Shown here: one piece after another, positions 21,201 to 32,000 of the stretch
How the letters are laid out: each line of letters starts with the position of its first letter
How positions within the stretch are numbered: the first letter of the stretch is position 1
Source: Candidatus Saccharimonadota bacterium
GTDB taxonomy: Bacteria; Pseudomonadota; Alphaproteobacteria; Rickettsiales; Anaplasmataceae
Length of the DNA: 32,000 nucleotides
NCBI RefSeq assembly: GCF_013365475.1
Contig: NZ_CP046579.1
Coordinates: 831,989-863,988, forward strand
Direction of reading: 5' to 3'
Program-made: the position numbers and the translations under genes
Notes under the pieces: model-generated
Seen by the model: the letters and a program-made list of their open reading frames with translations, nothing else
Databases searched by the model: none
What the model was told of the DNA's origin: nothing

Positions 21201-23012
21201 ATGTACAATAAGATAAAAAAGGAATCTATGAATAATATTACTATTAATTATGGAAAAGACGCTAAATTAACCAGCTTTGGGAAAGCAGTCCTATTGGATA
21301 GGTATTTAATAGAGAATGAAAGTTATCAAAATCTCTTCACACGCATTGCGAGCTATTACTCTGATAATGATGATCATGCACAGCGTCTTTATGACTATAT
21401 GAGTAATCTGTGGTTTATGCCTTCAACCCCAATACTTAGCAATGGTGGCACTGACAGAGGGCTACCTATTTCTTGTTTTCTTAACGAAACTGAAGACAGT
21501 TTAAAGGGAATAGTTGATTTATGGAATGAAAATGTTTGGCTTGCTGCACGTGGAGGCGGGATAGGTAGTTATTGGGGAAATTTACGTTCAATTGGTGAAA
21601 GCGTAAGGGGTAGCGGTAAAACGTCAGGAATTGTACCATTTATTGTAGTACAAAACGCTCTAACACTTGCAATTAGTCAGGGGTCTTTAAGGAGGGGGAG
21701 TTCAGCGGTCTACCTTCCTGTATCCCATCCAGAAATAGAAGAGTTTCTTGATATACGCAAGCCAACAGGAGGTGATCCGAACCGTAAAGCACTAAATATA
21801 CACCATGCTGTAATAGTAAATGATGAGTTCATGCATGCTATTGAAAGAGATTTAGAATGGAATTTAGTTAGTCCTCACAGTAATAAAGCTATTTCGACCG
21901 TTAAGGCGCGCGATATATGGATCAAAATATTAATAGCAAGAATTGAGACTGGAGAGCCTTACATTATCTTTCTCGATGCAATAAACAACAATAAGCCAGA
22001 ATCTTACAAAAAACTTAATTTAGATATTAAGATGTCAAATTTGTGTAGTGAAATTACTTTAACTACAGGTTATGACCATCTAAATAAACCTCGCACTGCT
22101 GTATGCTGCCTGTCATCAGTAAACCTTGAATACTACGAAGAATGGAAAGACAGTAAGTTTTTTATAGAAGATATAATGCGTTTTCTTGACAATGTATTTG
22201 ATGACTTTATAAATAAAGCACCTGATGAAATATACCGAGCAAAATACTCTGCAGTAAGAGAGCGTAGCATCGGTCTTGGTGTAATGGGCTTTCACTCATT
22301 TTTACAGAGTAAAATGGTTCCTTTTGAATCAGTAACAGCACAACAGTGGAATAAGAGAATATTCAAGCACTTGCGTGAGCAAGCAGACATAGTTTCTAAA
22401 AAACTAGCAGAAGAAAGAGGAGCATGTCTTGATGCTAAAGAAATTAACTTAATGGAAAGGTTTACACATAAACTTGCTATTGCTCCAACTGCTTCAATTT
22501 CTATTATTGCAGGTAATACTTCTCCTGGAATAGAACCATACGCAGCAAATGTATTCACACAAAAAACATTAACAGGATCATTTGTAGTGAGAAACAAATT
22601 CTTACAAAAATTACTAGCAAAAAAAAATCAAGATACTGATAAAGTATGGTCTTCAATTTCTACAAATGAAGGTTCTGTACAACATTTAGATTTCCTTAAC
22701 GAGTATGAAAAATTAATATTTAAAACAGCATATGAATTAGATCAAAAGTGGATTATAGAACATGCAAGTGATAGAACTCCATATATTTGTCAGTCTCAAG
22801 CAGTAAATTTGTTTCTACCTGCCAATGTACATAAACGCTATTTGCACAAAATACATATGTTTGCTTGGAGAAAAAACCTGAAGAGTCTATACTACTGTAG
22901 ATCACAGTCAATACAGAGGGCAGAAAAAGTTTCACATGACATATCCAAAAGAAATGAGATATTGTACAAAAAAACAGACATTGATTATGAAGAGTGCTTA
23001 TCATGCCAATAA
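21201..23012 (+). CDS. nrdA: Class I ribonucleoside-diphosphate reductase, alpha subunit (short form)
   Basis: This is a 603 aa ORF. It carries PSTPILSNGGT, CFL, RGGGIG, the active-site NLCSEI, CCLSS.NL, AIAPTASIS, and a C-terminal CxxC (ECLSCQ). An alternative start is the ATG at 21228, which is preceded by AAGGA. Confidence 0.95.
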   Translation: MYNKIKKESMNNITINYGKDAKLTSFGKAVLLDRYLIENESYQNLFTRIASYYSDNDDHAQRLYDYMSNLWFMPSTPILSNGGTDRGLPISCFLNETEDSLKGIVDLWNENVWLAARGGGIGSYWGNLRSIGESVRGSGKTSGIVPFIVVQNALTLAISQGSLRRGSSAVYLPVSHPEIEEFLDIRKPTGGDPNRKALNIHHAVIVNDEFMHAIERDLEWNLVSPHSNKAISTVKARDIWIKILIARIETGEPYIIFLDAINNNKPESYKKLNLDIKMSNLCSEITLTTGYDHLNKPRTAVCCLSSVNLEYYEEWKDSKFFIEDIMRFLDNVFDDFINKAPDEIYRAKYSAVRERSIGLGVMGFHSFLQSKMVPFESVTAQQWNKRIFKHLREQADIVSKKLAEERGACLDAKEINLMERFTHKLAIAPTASISIIAGNTSPGIEPYAANVFTQKTLTGSFVVRNKFLQKLLAKKNQDTDKVWSSISTNEGSVQHLDFLNEYEKLIFKTAYELDQKWIIEHASDRTPYICQSQAVNLFLPANVHKRYLHKIHMFAWRKNLKSLYYCRSQSIQRAEKVSHDISKRNEILYKKTDIDYEECLSCQ

Positions 23013-23525
23013 ATGCTACATAAGAACCTTGCTGAATTCTTTAAATCTATTTCAAAAGATAAGTCTATAATGTGCCTTGATATGGGGAAAAAGCAAATAG
23101 GAATAGCATTTAGTGACAGAACACAGCTTATAGCTACAGCTCATAGCGTGTATAATAGGAAAAATATAAGCAAAGATTTAGGATATTTGAATAGAATATT
23201 TAGAGAAAATGGAGCGGGTTCAATAGTAATAGGACTACCACTAGAAACAGATGGGAAAAGAAGTGAATGGTGTGAAACTATAATCAAATTTGCAAATAGA
23301 ATAATAAAAAAATATAAAGTAAATATATATTTGCAAGATGAGAGCTTATCAACATTCATTGCAGTTCACATGCTAAAATCTGCTGGGGTATCAACCACAA
23401 AATCGGGGAAGATATACGATAAAATCTCTGCATGTATCATTCTACAAAGAACATTAGATAAGATAAACACAATTAATAGCTTTTCTATAACTAAAGAATT
23501 TCCATATACTGTAGTAGTACCTTGA
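23013..23525 (+). CDS. ruvX: YqgF/RuvX-family putative pre-16S rRNA nuclease (Holliday junction resolvase-like)
   Basis: This is a 170 aa ORF. It carries CLDMGKKQIGIAFSD, IVIGLPLETDGKRSEW, and VNIYLQDESLSTFIA. The ATG abuts the nrdA stop. Confidence 0.85.
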   Translation: MLHKNLAEFFKSISKDKSIMCLDMGKKQIGIAFSDRTQLIATAHSVYNRKNISKDLGYLNRIFRENGAGSIVIGLPLETDGKRSEWCETIIKFANRIIKKYKVNIYLQDESLSTFIAVHMLKSAGVSTTKSGKIYDKISACIILQRTLDKINTINSFSITKEFPYTVVVP

Positions 23526-23589
23526 CAATAACACATAGCAAGATTTATCGTATTTCAGCTTAGTATAGACTAGCACTTTGAGCTAGTAT

Positions 23590-25354
23590 TAAATATAAGC
23601 CAATCATACAAATTTACATTCACCAACTGTGATTTAAGCGCTTAAGAATAACTTTTAACAAAATCCTACCAGTTCTAGCTAAATTTTAAACCCTTATCAG
23701 GGAAGCTTAGCTTATGTTCTCTCCCAAAGAAAAATAATACACAACTGCTTCCTTTATTTGTTAATGCTCAACTATAGCAAAGCGATGAGTTTCATTACGA
23801 GCAATTGCAAGTAAAGCATAACCTTACTGTCACTTCCAAGAGCAAACTCTTTCTTATCTGACATATAAAATCTCTCATTCTCTGGATTGCGATAATGGCC
23901 TTTTGCCATATAGGCGAAAGGAACATCTATTTTTAGTATTTTTAATGCATTTTGCGCCGTAGAAATATGTCCAAACCCACCTCAATCAATATTGAATCAT
24001 GAATTATATCCTTTATTTTACCGTAAAAATGCCTGATTAGCACCTCTTTTATCATTTTATATTTATACCTGAAGTTTCACTTTCTATAATTTTCTGTACT
24101 CACTTTTTAAAAAACCTTCCTATCCTGCAACAACCATCACACCAATTTGGTGACTTCCAGATATATGGTATCATAAATCTCAATACGTTTTGGACACTTA
24201 GTAAAGAAAAACTTTTCTTAGCTCCAAGTTTTTCTCAACTATCTCTGTAATCAGTAATCTTTCGCTCTAAGCTATATCGAAAATTATTGCAAATAAACCC
24301 TAATAAATTAGGTCCTTTACTATTCTTTGCGTAAAGAATTCATATTTGCATATGAGTAATTCTACATAGCGCTTGCTCTATAACTTCCCTCTTTGTAACA
24401 AAACTTGGAATATAAATTTGTTATGGAAGCACGTTAACTGGAGTATATAAGTTGACCAAAAAAGTAGATATATTCTATAGTCTTGATAGTCACCATAATT
24501 CTCAGCAAAGTAAAAAGTGCTTCTATGGTTTTCTTTGTTCTTGAATAGTAACACATTAATGTATGCAAGGTCTTCTTTTCGTACAATACCCAAAAGGGCT
24601 GCATCTTTTTTAAAAGAAAAATCTATTAGTTGCATTTGAATTTGCTTAAGGAATTTTATCCGATCTCTATATATAGCAGCAAGCTCATAGTTCTGTTCAT
24701 TGCTGTATTTTTACTGTAGAAGATAACTCTGTTTCCCACTTCATTATTTTTCTCAAGTAATATACTCCATACCTGTTTTACTGATCAGTAGTAATCATCT
24801 TCAGTAATTTTACCTATATACATAGAGCAGAGCAGCGCTTGACATGATATTCAAAATACTGTCTCCTCTTGTAGAGAGAAAACTTTTTATCTGAGCACCA
24901 CCTTAAAAGAAAAGTCTTTTGTAATAGTGATATAGTTTGCTTAACAGCATTGACAGACGTAAATGGACATAATAGCAAAACTCACTTTTCCTAAGTTTAC
25001 CTCTATGTTGTCCTATGCTCTGATAATTGTGTTTCGAAATTGTTATATAAAGATAGGCTCCCCATCTTTGGGCTTAATATTATAAGTAAGCTTTAGTGCC
25101 TTTATTAACTATGTTTCAAGAAGCAATGCTTCAATTTTATTTTTAGTTAGGAAAGTTTCGATCATGGTAACACGTGAGAGCATAACTTTGACTCACTCAG
25201 AAAGGCTTTCTAGATGAAGGTAATTAGATAACCTTAATTTTAAGTTTTTCTTTCCCAAATATATAAAACCTCACCTTCCTCTCCACACCATCTTATATAC
25301 ACCACAATTCTGCGTAGACAACTCGATTTGGCTCTTTATTAACTGAATAATTAA
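23590..25354 (-). pseudogene. uvrC: Degraded excinuclease ABC subunit C (uvrC) pseudogene, with multiple frameshifts and in-frame stops and no start codon
   Basis: Hand translation of the minus strand recovers collinear UvrC segments in shifting frames. The GIY-YIG domain reads LIKSQIELSTQNCGVYKMVWRGR*GFIYLGKKNLKLRLSNYL...IEALLLET*LIKALKLTY, then KPKDGEPIFI* follows after a 1 nt deletion near 25080. Next come RCSALCI / GKITEDDYY, the UVR domain QNYELAAIYRDRIKFLKQIQ, and the mid region (ORF 24378-24635) AYINVLLFKNKENHRSTFYF. The endonuclease domain follows: RIEIYD / ISGSHQIGVMVVAG*EGFLKSEYRKL, GGFGHISTAQNALKILKIDVPFAYMAKG, and RNETHRFAI. The boundaries are approximate. Confidence 0.8.
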
Positions 25355-25363
25355 CTACACAAT

Positions 25364-27472
25364 TCATTGTTTAGATTCTTGTATAAGGCTAAAATGTGCT
25401 ACAGAATGAAAGATGGAAATAACACTTGCAAGTAAAGATAACCTGTTTTCTCTAAGCTTATTAGAAGTACAATTGATTTTCACATTATCCATGAATTGAT
25501 TGATAAATGGAATAAAACTATTAAGTTCATCAAGTGCTACACTAAAGCAACAATTTTTCATTTCTTGTTTTATTTTTTTTAAAACATTTAAAGAACGATT
25601 TGATAGTGCTATTTCTTCATTATCAATCAAAAACTTTTTATTATAAGACACACTATAAACAGTATTATCATTTTTCTCAGCTTTTCTAACAATATTACTC
25701 ACTCTTTTATAAGTGTTCAGAGCCTGCTTGCCTTCAGGCATACTAAGGTAGTGATCCAACACAATAGCTTGCTTTTCTGCTACTAGTAAATTATCAACGC
25801 CAGTTTGATATAATATCGAGCTTACAACATCTTGTCTTATACCTTTATTTTTTAAAATAACCCTAAATCTCTCTAGACAAAACTTAAGTACAATTTCTAG
25901 AATTTGACTTTTATTTAGCTCACTTTTTCGACCAACTGATGATGCACCTTCAGCAAATGCAAGTTCTAAATACAAAGACAAAGACTTACCTATCAATAGC
26001 CTAATTGGAACATATAAATTATTCTCAAGAACCGTTCTAATTATACCAATTGCCATTCTCCGCAATCCAAATTGATCATATGAACCTGAAATCCTTTCAC
26101 CTGATGCAATTAAACCAACTAAACTATCCAGTTTATCAGCAATAGCAACAGTAACTGCAGTAGGGGATTTAGGACACTCTTGCTCTGGACTAACTGGCTT
26201 ATAATGCTCAGCTATAGCTTCTACTATTTCTTTATCTTCTTGAAAATTAGAAGCATAATATCCACCAATTACTCCTTGTAATTCTGGAAATTCTCTTACT
26301 ATCGATGTTGCAAGATCCGCCTTCGCCAAATATGCAGCACGCTCAACTTTAGTCAACGAAGTACCAGGAACATATACTGCTATGTATTTTGACAGAATTA
26401 TAATGCGCCTTACTTTCTCTCCCACATTACCAAGATAATGGTGAGATAATATCGAATCCAACTTTTTGACATAATAATTAAGGTTCTCCTTTCTATCATG
26501 AGACATTAAAAATTGTACATCAGCAAGACGTGCCTCCAGTATTTTCTCATAACCTCTTATAACTTCATCACTATTAACATTGACAACAGTAACGAAGTGT
26601 GAGATTTCCTTACCATTACTTAAAGCAAGGTATTTTTGTTGAGTACTAATTACACTGAGAACTAGCTCCTTTGGTAGCCCAAAGGACATTTCCTGATTTA
26701 CTTTACCAAACAGTACAACTGGCCACTCTATAAGACCTGATAATTCATTAAGCAAGTAATCATTTTTCTCAAGTTGTAAATTCTGCTCTTTTGCAAATTT
26801 ATTAATTTGATCAAGTATAAATTGCTTTCTTTTGTCAGGCTGAAGAATAACATTATTTTTTTCTAGCAAGTTAAGATATTCTTTAGGGCACTTAACAGTA
26901 AGTACTGTATCCTTTGAAAGAAACCTATTTCCATATGTTGTGTTGCATGCCCTAATCCCTGCAAAAGATACAGGTATTATACTGTCATCTAAAATGCATA
27001 AAATGTTTTTAATTGGTCTAACCCATCTTTCTTTCCTTTCGCTCCATCTCATGCTCTTCAGCCAAGAAAAGCTCTTTAGCATTTCTTCCAGTTGATTTTT
27101 AAGAAATTCTCTGATATTAAAAGCAAAGCTTTCTCTTCTAATGAAGTAGAAGTTTCTATTATTTACTTTTCTAATAAACAAATCTTTTTCACCTTTTCTA
27201 TAATTCCTTAAAAAACCTTCAACAGCACTTTTAGATGAATTGACATTTGGTCCCTTGATTTCATTGTTAAAATCTTTCGATTCTGAAAAACTTATATTAT
27301 TGACGAAGAGAGCGATGCGACGTGCTGTTACAAAGACATCTACAGATGTAAATTTTATATTATTTTTATTAAAAACATTAGTAATATAACTCTTAACATA
27401 AGTCATAGCTGAACTTTGCATTCTCGATGGTATTTCTTCTGAGAGACATTCAAATAGTAGTTGTAAAGACAT
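25364..27472 (-). CDS. glyS: Glycine--tRNA ligase beta subunit
   Basis: This 702 aa ORF lies immediately downstream of glyQ. Its N-terminus LLFECLSEEIPSRMQ is family-typical, with TTYGNRFL, FPELQGVIGGYYA and DQFGLRR. Confidence 0.95.
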   Translation of the reverse strand: MSLQLLFECLSEEIPSRMQSSAMTYVKSYITNVFNKNNIKFTSVDVFVTARRIALFVNNISFSESKDFNNEIKGPNVNSSKSAVEGFLRNYRKGEKDLFIRKVNNRNFYFIRRESFAFNIREFLKNQLEEMLKSFSWLKSMRWSERKERWVRPIKNILCILDDSIIPVSFAGIRACNTTYGNRFLSKDTVLTVKCPKEYLNLLEKNNVILQPDKRKQFILDQINKFAKEQNLQLEKNDYLLNELSGLIEWPVVLFGKVNQEMSFGLPKELVLSVISTQQKYLALSNGKEISHFVTVVNVNSDEVIRGYEKILEARLADVQFLMSHDRKENLNYYVKKLDSILSHHYLGNVGEKVRRIIILSKYIAVYVPGTSLTKVERAAYLAKADLATSIVREFPELQGVIGGYYASNFQEDKEIVEAIAEHYKPVSPEQECPKSPTAVTVAIADKLDSLVGLIASGERISGSYDQFGLRRMAIGIIRTVLENNLYVPIRLLIGKSLSLYLELAFAEGASSVGRKSELNKSQILEIVLKFCLERFRVILKNKGIRQDVVSSILYQTGVDNLLVAEKQAIVLDHYLSMPEGKQALNTYKRVSNIVRKAEKNDNTVYSVSYNKKFLIDNEEIALSNRSLNVLKKIKQEMKNCCFSVALDELNSFIPFINQFMDNVKINCTSNKLRENRLSLLASVISIFHSVAHFSLIQESKQ

Positions 27473-27475
27473 ATG

Positions 27476-28315
27476 TTATTTACTTATATATAACTCACAA
27501 CACTTCTTCGCTAGCTCTCTAACTCTACTGATATAAACTATACGCTCATTCACACCAAGTACACCTCTCGCATCAAGCAGGTTAAGTAAATGACTAGTTT
27601 TAACACATTGATCATAAGCTGCTATTGGCAACTTTTTCTCAATAAGAAATTTACATAATTTTTCCGCATCTTCAAACTGCTGCTGTACCACTTTAGTGTT
27701 ATAATAGTCTAATGATAAGCAAGAGAGTTCATATTCTCTTTGCTGAAAAATATCCCCATAAGTTACACCATTGCTATTCCAGGTTACATTAAAAACGTTA
27801 TCTATACCTTGTATACACATCGCTAAACGCTCTATTCCATATGCCACTTCACCAGGAATTATTTTACAATCAATACCTCCTATCTGTTGTATATAAGTAA
27901 GTTGTGTCACTTCCATCCCGTTACATGTAACCTCCCACCCAAGCCCTGATGCACCAATACTTGGATTTTCCCAATCATCTTCAATAAACTTAATATCATA
28001 TTTCTCCGTGGATATACCAAGAGCTTTTAAGCTACTTAAGTAAACATCCTGCAAGTTATTGCCAGATGGTTTTATTATCACCTGATATTGATGATGTTGA
28101 TATAGGCGACTAGGGTTATTACCATATCGGCCATCTGCTGGCCTAATCACTGGTTGTAGGTATGCAATTCTCATTGACTTTTCGTCAATCGCTGATACTG
28201 CTGTCGCAGGATGCAACGTCGCAGCTCCAATTTCAGATGTGTATGGATGCAGTATAGTACATCCCATACTAGCCCAAAAACTTTCCAATTCTTTTATTAT
28301 ACTTTGTAGATCCAC
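27476..28315 (-). CDS. glyQ: Glycine--tRNA ligase alpha subunit
   Basis: This 279 aa ORF has a GTG start. It carries LQSIIKELESFWASMGC, YLQPVIRPADGRYG.NP.RL..HHQYQVI.KP, WENP..GA.GLGWEV...GMEVTQ.TY.QQ.GG, and AYGIERLAM. Confidence 0.95.
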   Translation of the reverse strand: MDLQSIIKELESFWASMGCTILHPYTSEIGAATLHPATAVSAIDEKSMRIAYLQPVIRPADGRYGNNPSRLYQHHQYQVIIKPSGNNLQDVYLSSLKALGISTEKYDIKFIEDDWENPSIGASGLGWEVTCNGMEVTQLTYIQQIGGIDCKIIPGEVAYGIERLAMCIQGIDNVFNVTWNSNGVTYGDIFQQREYELSCLSLDYYNTKVVQQQFEDAEKLCKFLIEKKLPIAAYDQCVKTSHLLNLLDARGVLGVNERIVYISRVRELAKKCCELYISK

Positions 28316-28368
28316 ACAAATTATGTAATTCTATCTGAATATATAAACAAATAGATACTATTCAATAT

Positions 28369-29112
28369 TTATTTTTTAGCATCCAGTAAGCAACTACTTA
28401 GGATTGATGAACTTTCTTTTGCATACTGAATTATGCTTTTACTGAGAATAATTGCATCATGCATAGTTAAATCACAGAGTATAAATGCAGCTAAATACAG
28501 AAGAACCACTGCATAAAACGTATGGAAAATCCCCTCGAATGTGATTGATATTGCATTGTTATAACTGAGTTGTATTGAACTTATTGGCCAAGGTTTCACC
28601 ATTTCTATAATATTAAAAAATGCATAAGGTATCATAAAGAAAAATAGCAAGTGCATAAAATTATTGAACCAAGACGAACATTGAATTATTTCCTTACATA
28701 TACTCCCATATAATCTACTTATAGCAGAATAAATTGACATTATTGCTGGCATAGAAAGCGCAACAGTTAGTACTTGCCCTGATGCTATTTGTATTACTAT
28801 ATTTTCGCCACTATTTGCTGAAGGGTCTTGAATATGAAAAATGGATATTCCAATTAGCTGTAATACTAGCATGCTCACTGCCAATTTTACAAAAATTGCA
28901 GCTATGATTATGAATGAATACGGCACCTTGTATAGTATGAAATCAATCCCGTATATAAAAATTAAAGTGATATCAACAATAAGTAATATTAAAAAAGAAG
29001 ACCAATAGTTCTGCCAACTAGGCAAATAACCTATCCCTAAAAAAGAGCTCACTACTTTAGCAGGGAAAAGTATGCTTAAGATCTTTTTCAGTACTGTCCA
29101 AAAAACTTTCAT
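28369..29112 (-). CDS. pgpA: Polytopic membrane protein, phosphatidylglycerophosphatase A (PgpA)-like with an extended hydrophobic core
   Basis: This is a 247 aa ORF. The N-terminal FLGIGYLPSWQNYWSS resembles the PgpA GFGSGL.P..PGT.GS motif. EMVKPWPISSIQ resembles the PgpA D..KPWPI motif. It is about 70-80 aa longer than typical PgpA. The call is motif-level only. Confidence 0.5.
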   Translation of the reverse strand: MKVFWTVLKKILSILFPAKVVSSFLGIGYLPSWQNYWSSFLILLIVDITLIFIYGIDFILYKVPYSFIIIAAIFVKLAVSMLVLQLIGISIFHIQDPSANSGENIVIQIASGQVLTVALSMPAIMSIYSAISRLYGSICKEIIQCSSWFNNFMHLLFFFMIPYAFFNIIEMVKPWPISSIQLSYNNAISITFEGIFHTFYAVVLLYLAAFILCDLTMHDAIILSKSIIQYAKESSSILSSCLLDAKK

Positions 29113-29229
29113 ATTTCAAGTAATGCTAGTTAATACGGTTATACTTTATCGCAACAGACTTATCAACAGTTCAAAACCAGTATTAAAAACTAAACAGTGA
29201 TACATATCAAGTCCGCTTTTGGATAAGAT

Positions 29230-31662
29230 TTATAAAAATCGAGAAAATTTCTTATGCTTTAGTTCATCAAATATTACATTTGCTCTATCTAGTACAGAAT
29301 CAGGAAAACCAGCAAGTTTTGCTATATATATTCCATATGACTCATCTGCAATACCCTCAACTACTTCATGTAAAAAAATGATTTTTCCATCCCATTCTTT
29401 TATTTTTACACAGAAACATTTCATGTTCTCTAAGTATTTGCCCACTCTAGCTAGTTCGTGATAATGAGTTGCAAAAATAGCACGGCATTTACTCACATCA
29501 TGAATATGTTCAATTACTGCTTGAGCAATAGATAACCCATCATATACCCCTGTACCTCTGCCAATTTCATCAAGTATTACTAAGGAACGATCCGTTGCCT
29601 GATTGATTATAGTCGCAGTCTCAAGCATTTCTATCATGAAAGTAGAATAGCCAGCTGTTACATTATCAGTTGCACCAACCCTACTAAATATCTTGTCAAT
29701 TACTCCAATGTGCGCACTTTCTGCTGGCACAAATGAACCTATGTGAGCTAAAATCGCAATAAGAGCATTTTGTCTCAAGAAAGTACTTTTCCCGGACATA
29801 TTAGGACCAGTAATAAGATGTATATTAACCAAATCAATGCTGTTTGCAATGAACTTACTATCAATTTCAATTACTGGATGTCTTCCATTACAGATATGGA
29901 ATTCTTTACTATCATCGATAATAGGTTTTACATAATTATTTCGCACTGCAAGTTCTGCCAACGAAGCCCTAACATCCAGTTTAGCCAAAGCACTTGCAGC
30001 AAGAGCAATCTTTTCCGATTCTTTAGCAACTTCATTGCATAGTTCGCTAAAAATTTTTATTTCTAATCTAACCATAGCATCACGTGCTGTAAGAATCCTA
30101 TTCTCTAATTCCTTCAACTCATTAGTAGTATAGCGAATGCTATTTGCTAAACTTTGTCTATGAATAAATAGGTTCGAAGTCAATTTGTGGTTTGTTGACA
30201 CCTCAACGTAATAACCAAGTATATCGTTATACAATATCTTTAGCGTAGCAATGCCAGTTATCTCGCAATAAGATTTACGAAGTTTAGCTATCAGTTCACT
30301 GCTATTGGTGAGTACATATGATAACTCCAATAACTCTCGGTTATATTCTGGATTAATAAATCCACCTTCTTTTGTAGAGCTTAGGTTATTATCGAGCACA
30401 GCCTTACTTAAAAGTTCAAGTAAATTTTTATGATTTCCAATGTTTTTATGTATTGCACTTAATTCACTTTTGTCAGATTTTATTTTATATAAGAATTCAG
30501 ATAACTCTAATGTCTTTTCAAGGCCGACTTTTAACAAGTTAATATCTTTTGGTGAACCACGCCTTAGCATCAAGCGAGATAGTAACCTCTCAATATCTGG
30601 AATGCTAGTAAGCATTTCTCGCACCTTCTTGCGAAGTTCATAATAATTTACAAAAAATTCAACAGTACTAAGCCTTAAATTGATTGCTTCAGAACAGGAA
30701 AGTGGTGATGCAAGCATTTGCTTAAGCAAGCGCCCACCAGAAGCCGTAACTGTATAATCAATAACTGAAATCAATGAACCTTTTTTTTCACCAAACTGAG
30801 TTGCAAATAATTCAAGATTTCTCCTTGCTGAAGCGTCGACTAGCATGAAACTTTGCTGCTTATATGGTTTAGGCAGCTCAAGCCTTGGGATAAAATTCTT
30901 TTGAGTTACCCTTACATATTCAAGTAACGCCCCGCATGCCATAACTTCTACTTTACTGAAATTCCCTATGACTCTAATCTCTTTAATTTTATAGAATTCG
31001 CACATTACCCTACAAGATTTGTTATATTCAAAGAAACTCTGAGCATGCTGTGTGATTGATATTTTATAATTTTTTAAAATCGACCTAATCCTCTGATCAT
31101 CAGTAAGCCTTTCAGAAATCAATAATTCTTTTGGTGATATACGCAGCAAGTCACTATCCATAGCTTTTAAATTTGTCAAAGTGTGGAAAAATTTTCCTGT
31201 CGATAATTCAAGCCAACCAATAGCATACTCTTCGTTTTGTTCAACTATAGATGCAAGGTAACTATTGCTCTTATCCTCCAACATTAAATCTTCAACAATT
31301 GTACCAGGAGTGATTATTCGGACCACATCACGTTTTACTATAGACTTATAGCCCCTCCTTTTTGCTTCATCAGCAGTCTCTAATTGTTCACAGATTGCCA
31401 CTTTGAATCCTAAATCTATTAACCTGTGTAGGTAAGACTCACTACTATGTACTGGGACTCCACACATTGGTATATCACGTCCACATGAATTGACTCTTCT
31501 AGTAAGCATTATATTCAGCAATTTTGCAGCCCTAATGGCATCATCAAAAAATAATTCGTAAAAATCCCCTAGTCTATAAAATAACAAATGATCTTTGTAT
31601 TGAGCTTTCAGATTTAAATATTGCTCCATTGCAGGTGTGTTTCTTTCTCTTGTAAAACTCAT
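29230..31662 (-). CDS. mutS: DNA mismatch repair protein MutS
   Basis: The N-terminus is [34 protein letters not shown]. It has Walker [16 protein letters not shown], then [23 protein letters not shown] and FATHYHEL. The ATG at 31662 is preferred over the upstream GTG at 31677 used by the ORF track. Confidence 0.95.
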   Translation of the reverse strand: MSFTRERNTPAMEQYLNLKAQYKDHLLFYRLGDFYELFFDDAIRAAKLLNIMLTRRVNSCGRDIPMCGVPVHSSESYLHRLIDLGFKVAICEQLETADEAKRRGYKSIVKRDVVRIITPGTIVEDLMLEDKSNSYLASIVEQNEEYAIGWLELSTGKFFHTLTNLKAMDSDLLRISPKELLISERLTDDQRIRSILKNYKISITQHAQSFFEYNKSCRVMCEFYKIKEIRVIGNFSKVEVMACGALLEYVRVTQKNFIPRLELPKPYKQQSFMLVDASARRNLELFATQFGEKKGSLISVIDYTVTASGGRLLKQMLASPLSCSEAINLRLSTVEFFVNYYELRKKVREMLTSIPDIERLLSRLMLRRGSPKDINLLKVGLEKTLELSEFLYKIKSDKSELSAIHKNIGNHKNLLELLSKAVLDNNLSSTKEGGFINPEYNRELLELSYVLTNSSELIAKLRKSYCEITGIATLKILYNDILGYYVEVSTNHKLTSNLFIHRQSLANSIRYTTNELKELENRILTARDAMVRLEIKIFSELCNEVAKESEKIALAASALAKLDVRASLAELAVRNNYVKPIIDDSKEFHICNGRHPVIEIDSKFIANSIDLVNIHLITGPNMSGKSTFLRQNALIAILAHIGSFVPAESAHIGVIDKIFSRVGATDNVTAGYSTFMIEMLETATIINQATDRSLVILDEIGRGTGVYDGLSIAQAVIEHIHDVSKCRAIFATHYHELARVGKYLENMKCFCVKIKEWDGKIIFLHEVVEGIADESYGIYIAKLAGFPDSVLDRANVIFDELKHKKFSRFL

Positions 31663-32000
31663 AGCATTTCGAAACACATTACACTAGTAATAGCTTCAGG
31701 TCTATCGCTAGGGATAAATAAGATAGAATTCAAGTAGAAGGCTTTGCACATATAAAAATGACTCCTTTCAGGAAAATAATTTTTTGTAACTCTTTTAGAA
31801 ATCCTCCCAAAATTATATAGGACCTGAATCTTTTGAAAAGCCTAAACTGTCATGTGCTTCTACATTAAGTCATACTAATAACCGGAAGATAACCTCTTTA
31901 CAATTAGAAGAGCACTTGGTAATTGTTATACAATAATATATTCATAAACGACCGTTGCCGTTAAAACTTAAATGAGATAGCAATCTAGCTGTAGTAGTTT

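Noticed and set aside
24378-24635. An 85 aa ORF in the ruvX-glyS spacer that could be taken for a small hypothetical gene.
   Set aside because: Its sequence (AYINVLLFKNKENHRSTFYF...) and the UVR motif immediately upstream in the same frame show it is the central fragment of the decayed uvrC gene. It is not an independent gene.

Overview
This is an AT-rich (about 30% G+C by eye), gene-sparse chromosomal segment from a reduced obligate-intracellular alphaproteobacterium. It looks like Anaplasmataceae, most like Ehrlichia, because a 23S-5S rRNA pair lies with no 16S nearby, operons are fragmented (atpD-atpC alone, pstC alone), an NDUFA12 homologue is present, and several spacers of about 1 kb are non-coding. 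That assignment is inference only; no search was possible. Nearly all content is housekeeping. In order: rodA (partial), an MrpD-like antiporter subunit, an NDUFA12-like protein, tRNA-Arg(CCT), tatA, two tandem ExoD-family paralogues, cysS, a YqaA-like membrane protein, pgk, a TrxR-type ferredoxin-NADP reductase, tal, atpC, atpD, pstC, rpmH, rnpA, 5S and 23S rRNA, a TPR-methyltransferase, nrdA, ruvX, glyS, glyQ, a PgpA-like protein and mutS. I saw no CRISPR array, IS element, transposase, integrase, phage gene, toxin-antitoxin pair or recognisable defence module, and I cannot support a claim of a novel multi-gene system. The notable signals are all gene decay. (1) The 1.8 kb apparently empty spacer between ruvX and glyS is a heavily degraded uvrC pseudogene. 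(2) The rnpA reading frame is broken at an A9 homopolymer. (3) Several other spacers of 0.6-1.1 kb have no ORF and no identifiable function. About one fifth of the window is non-coding. Promoter and terminator calls are motif-based and low confidence.
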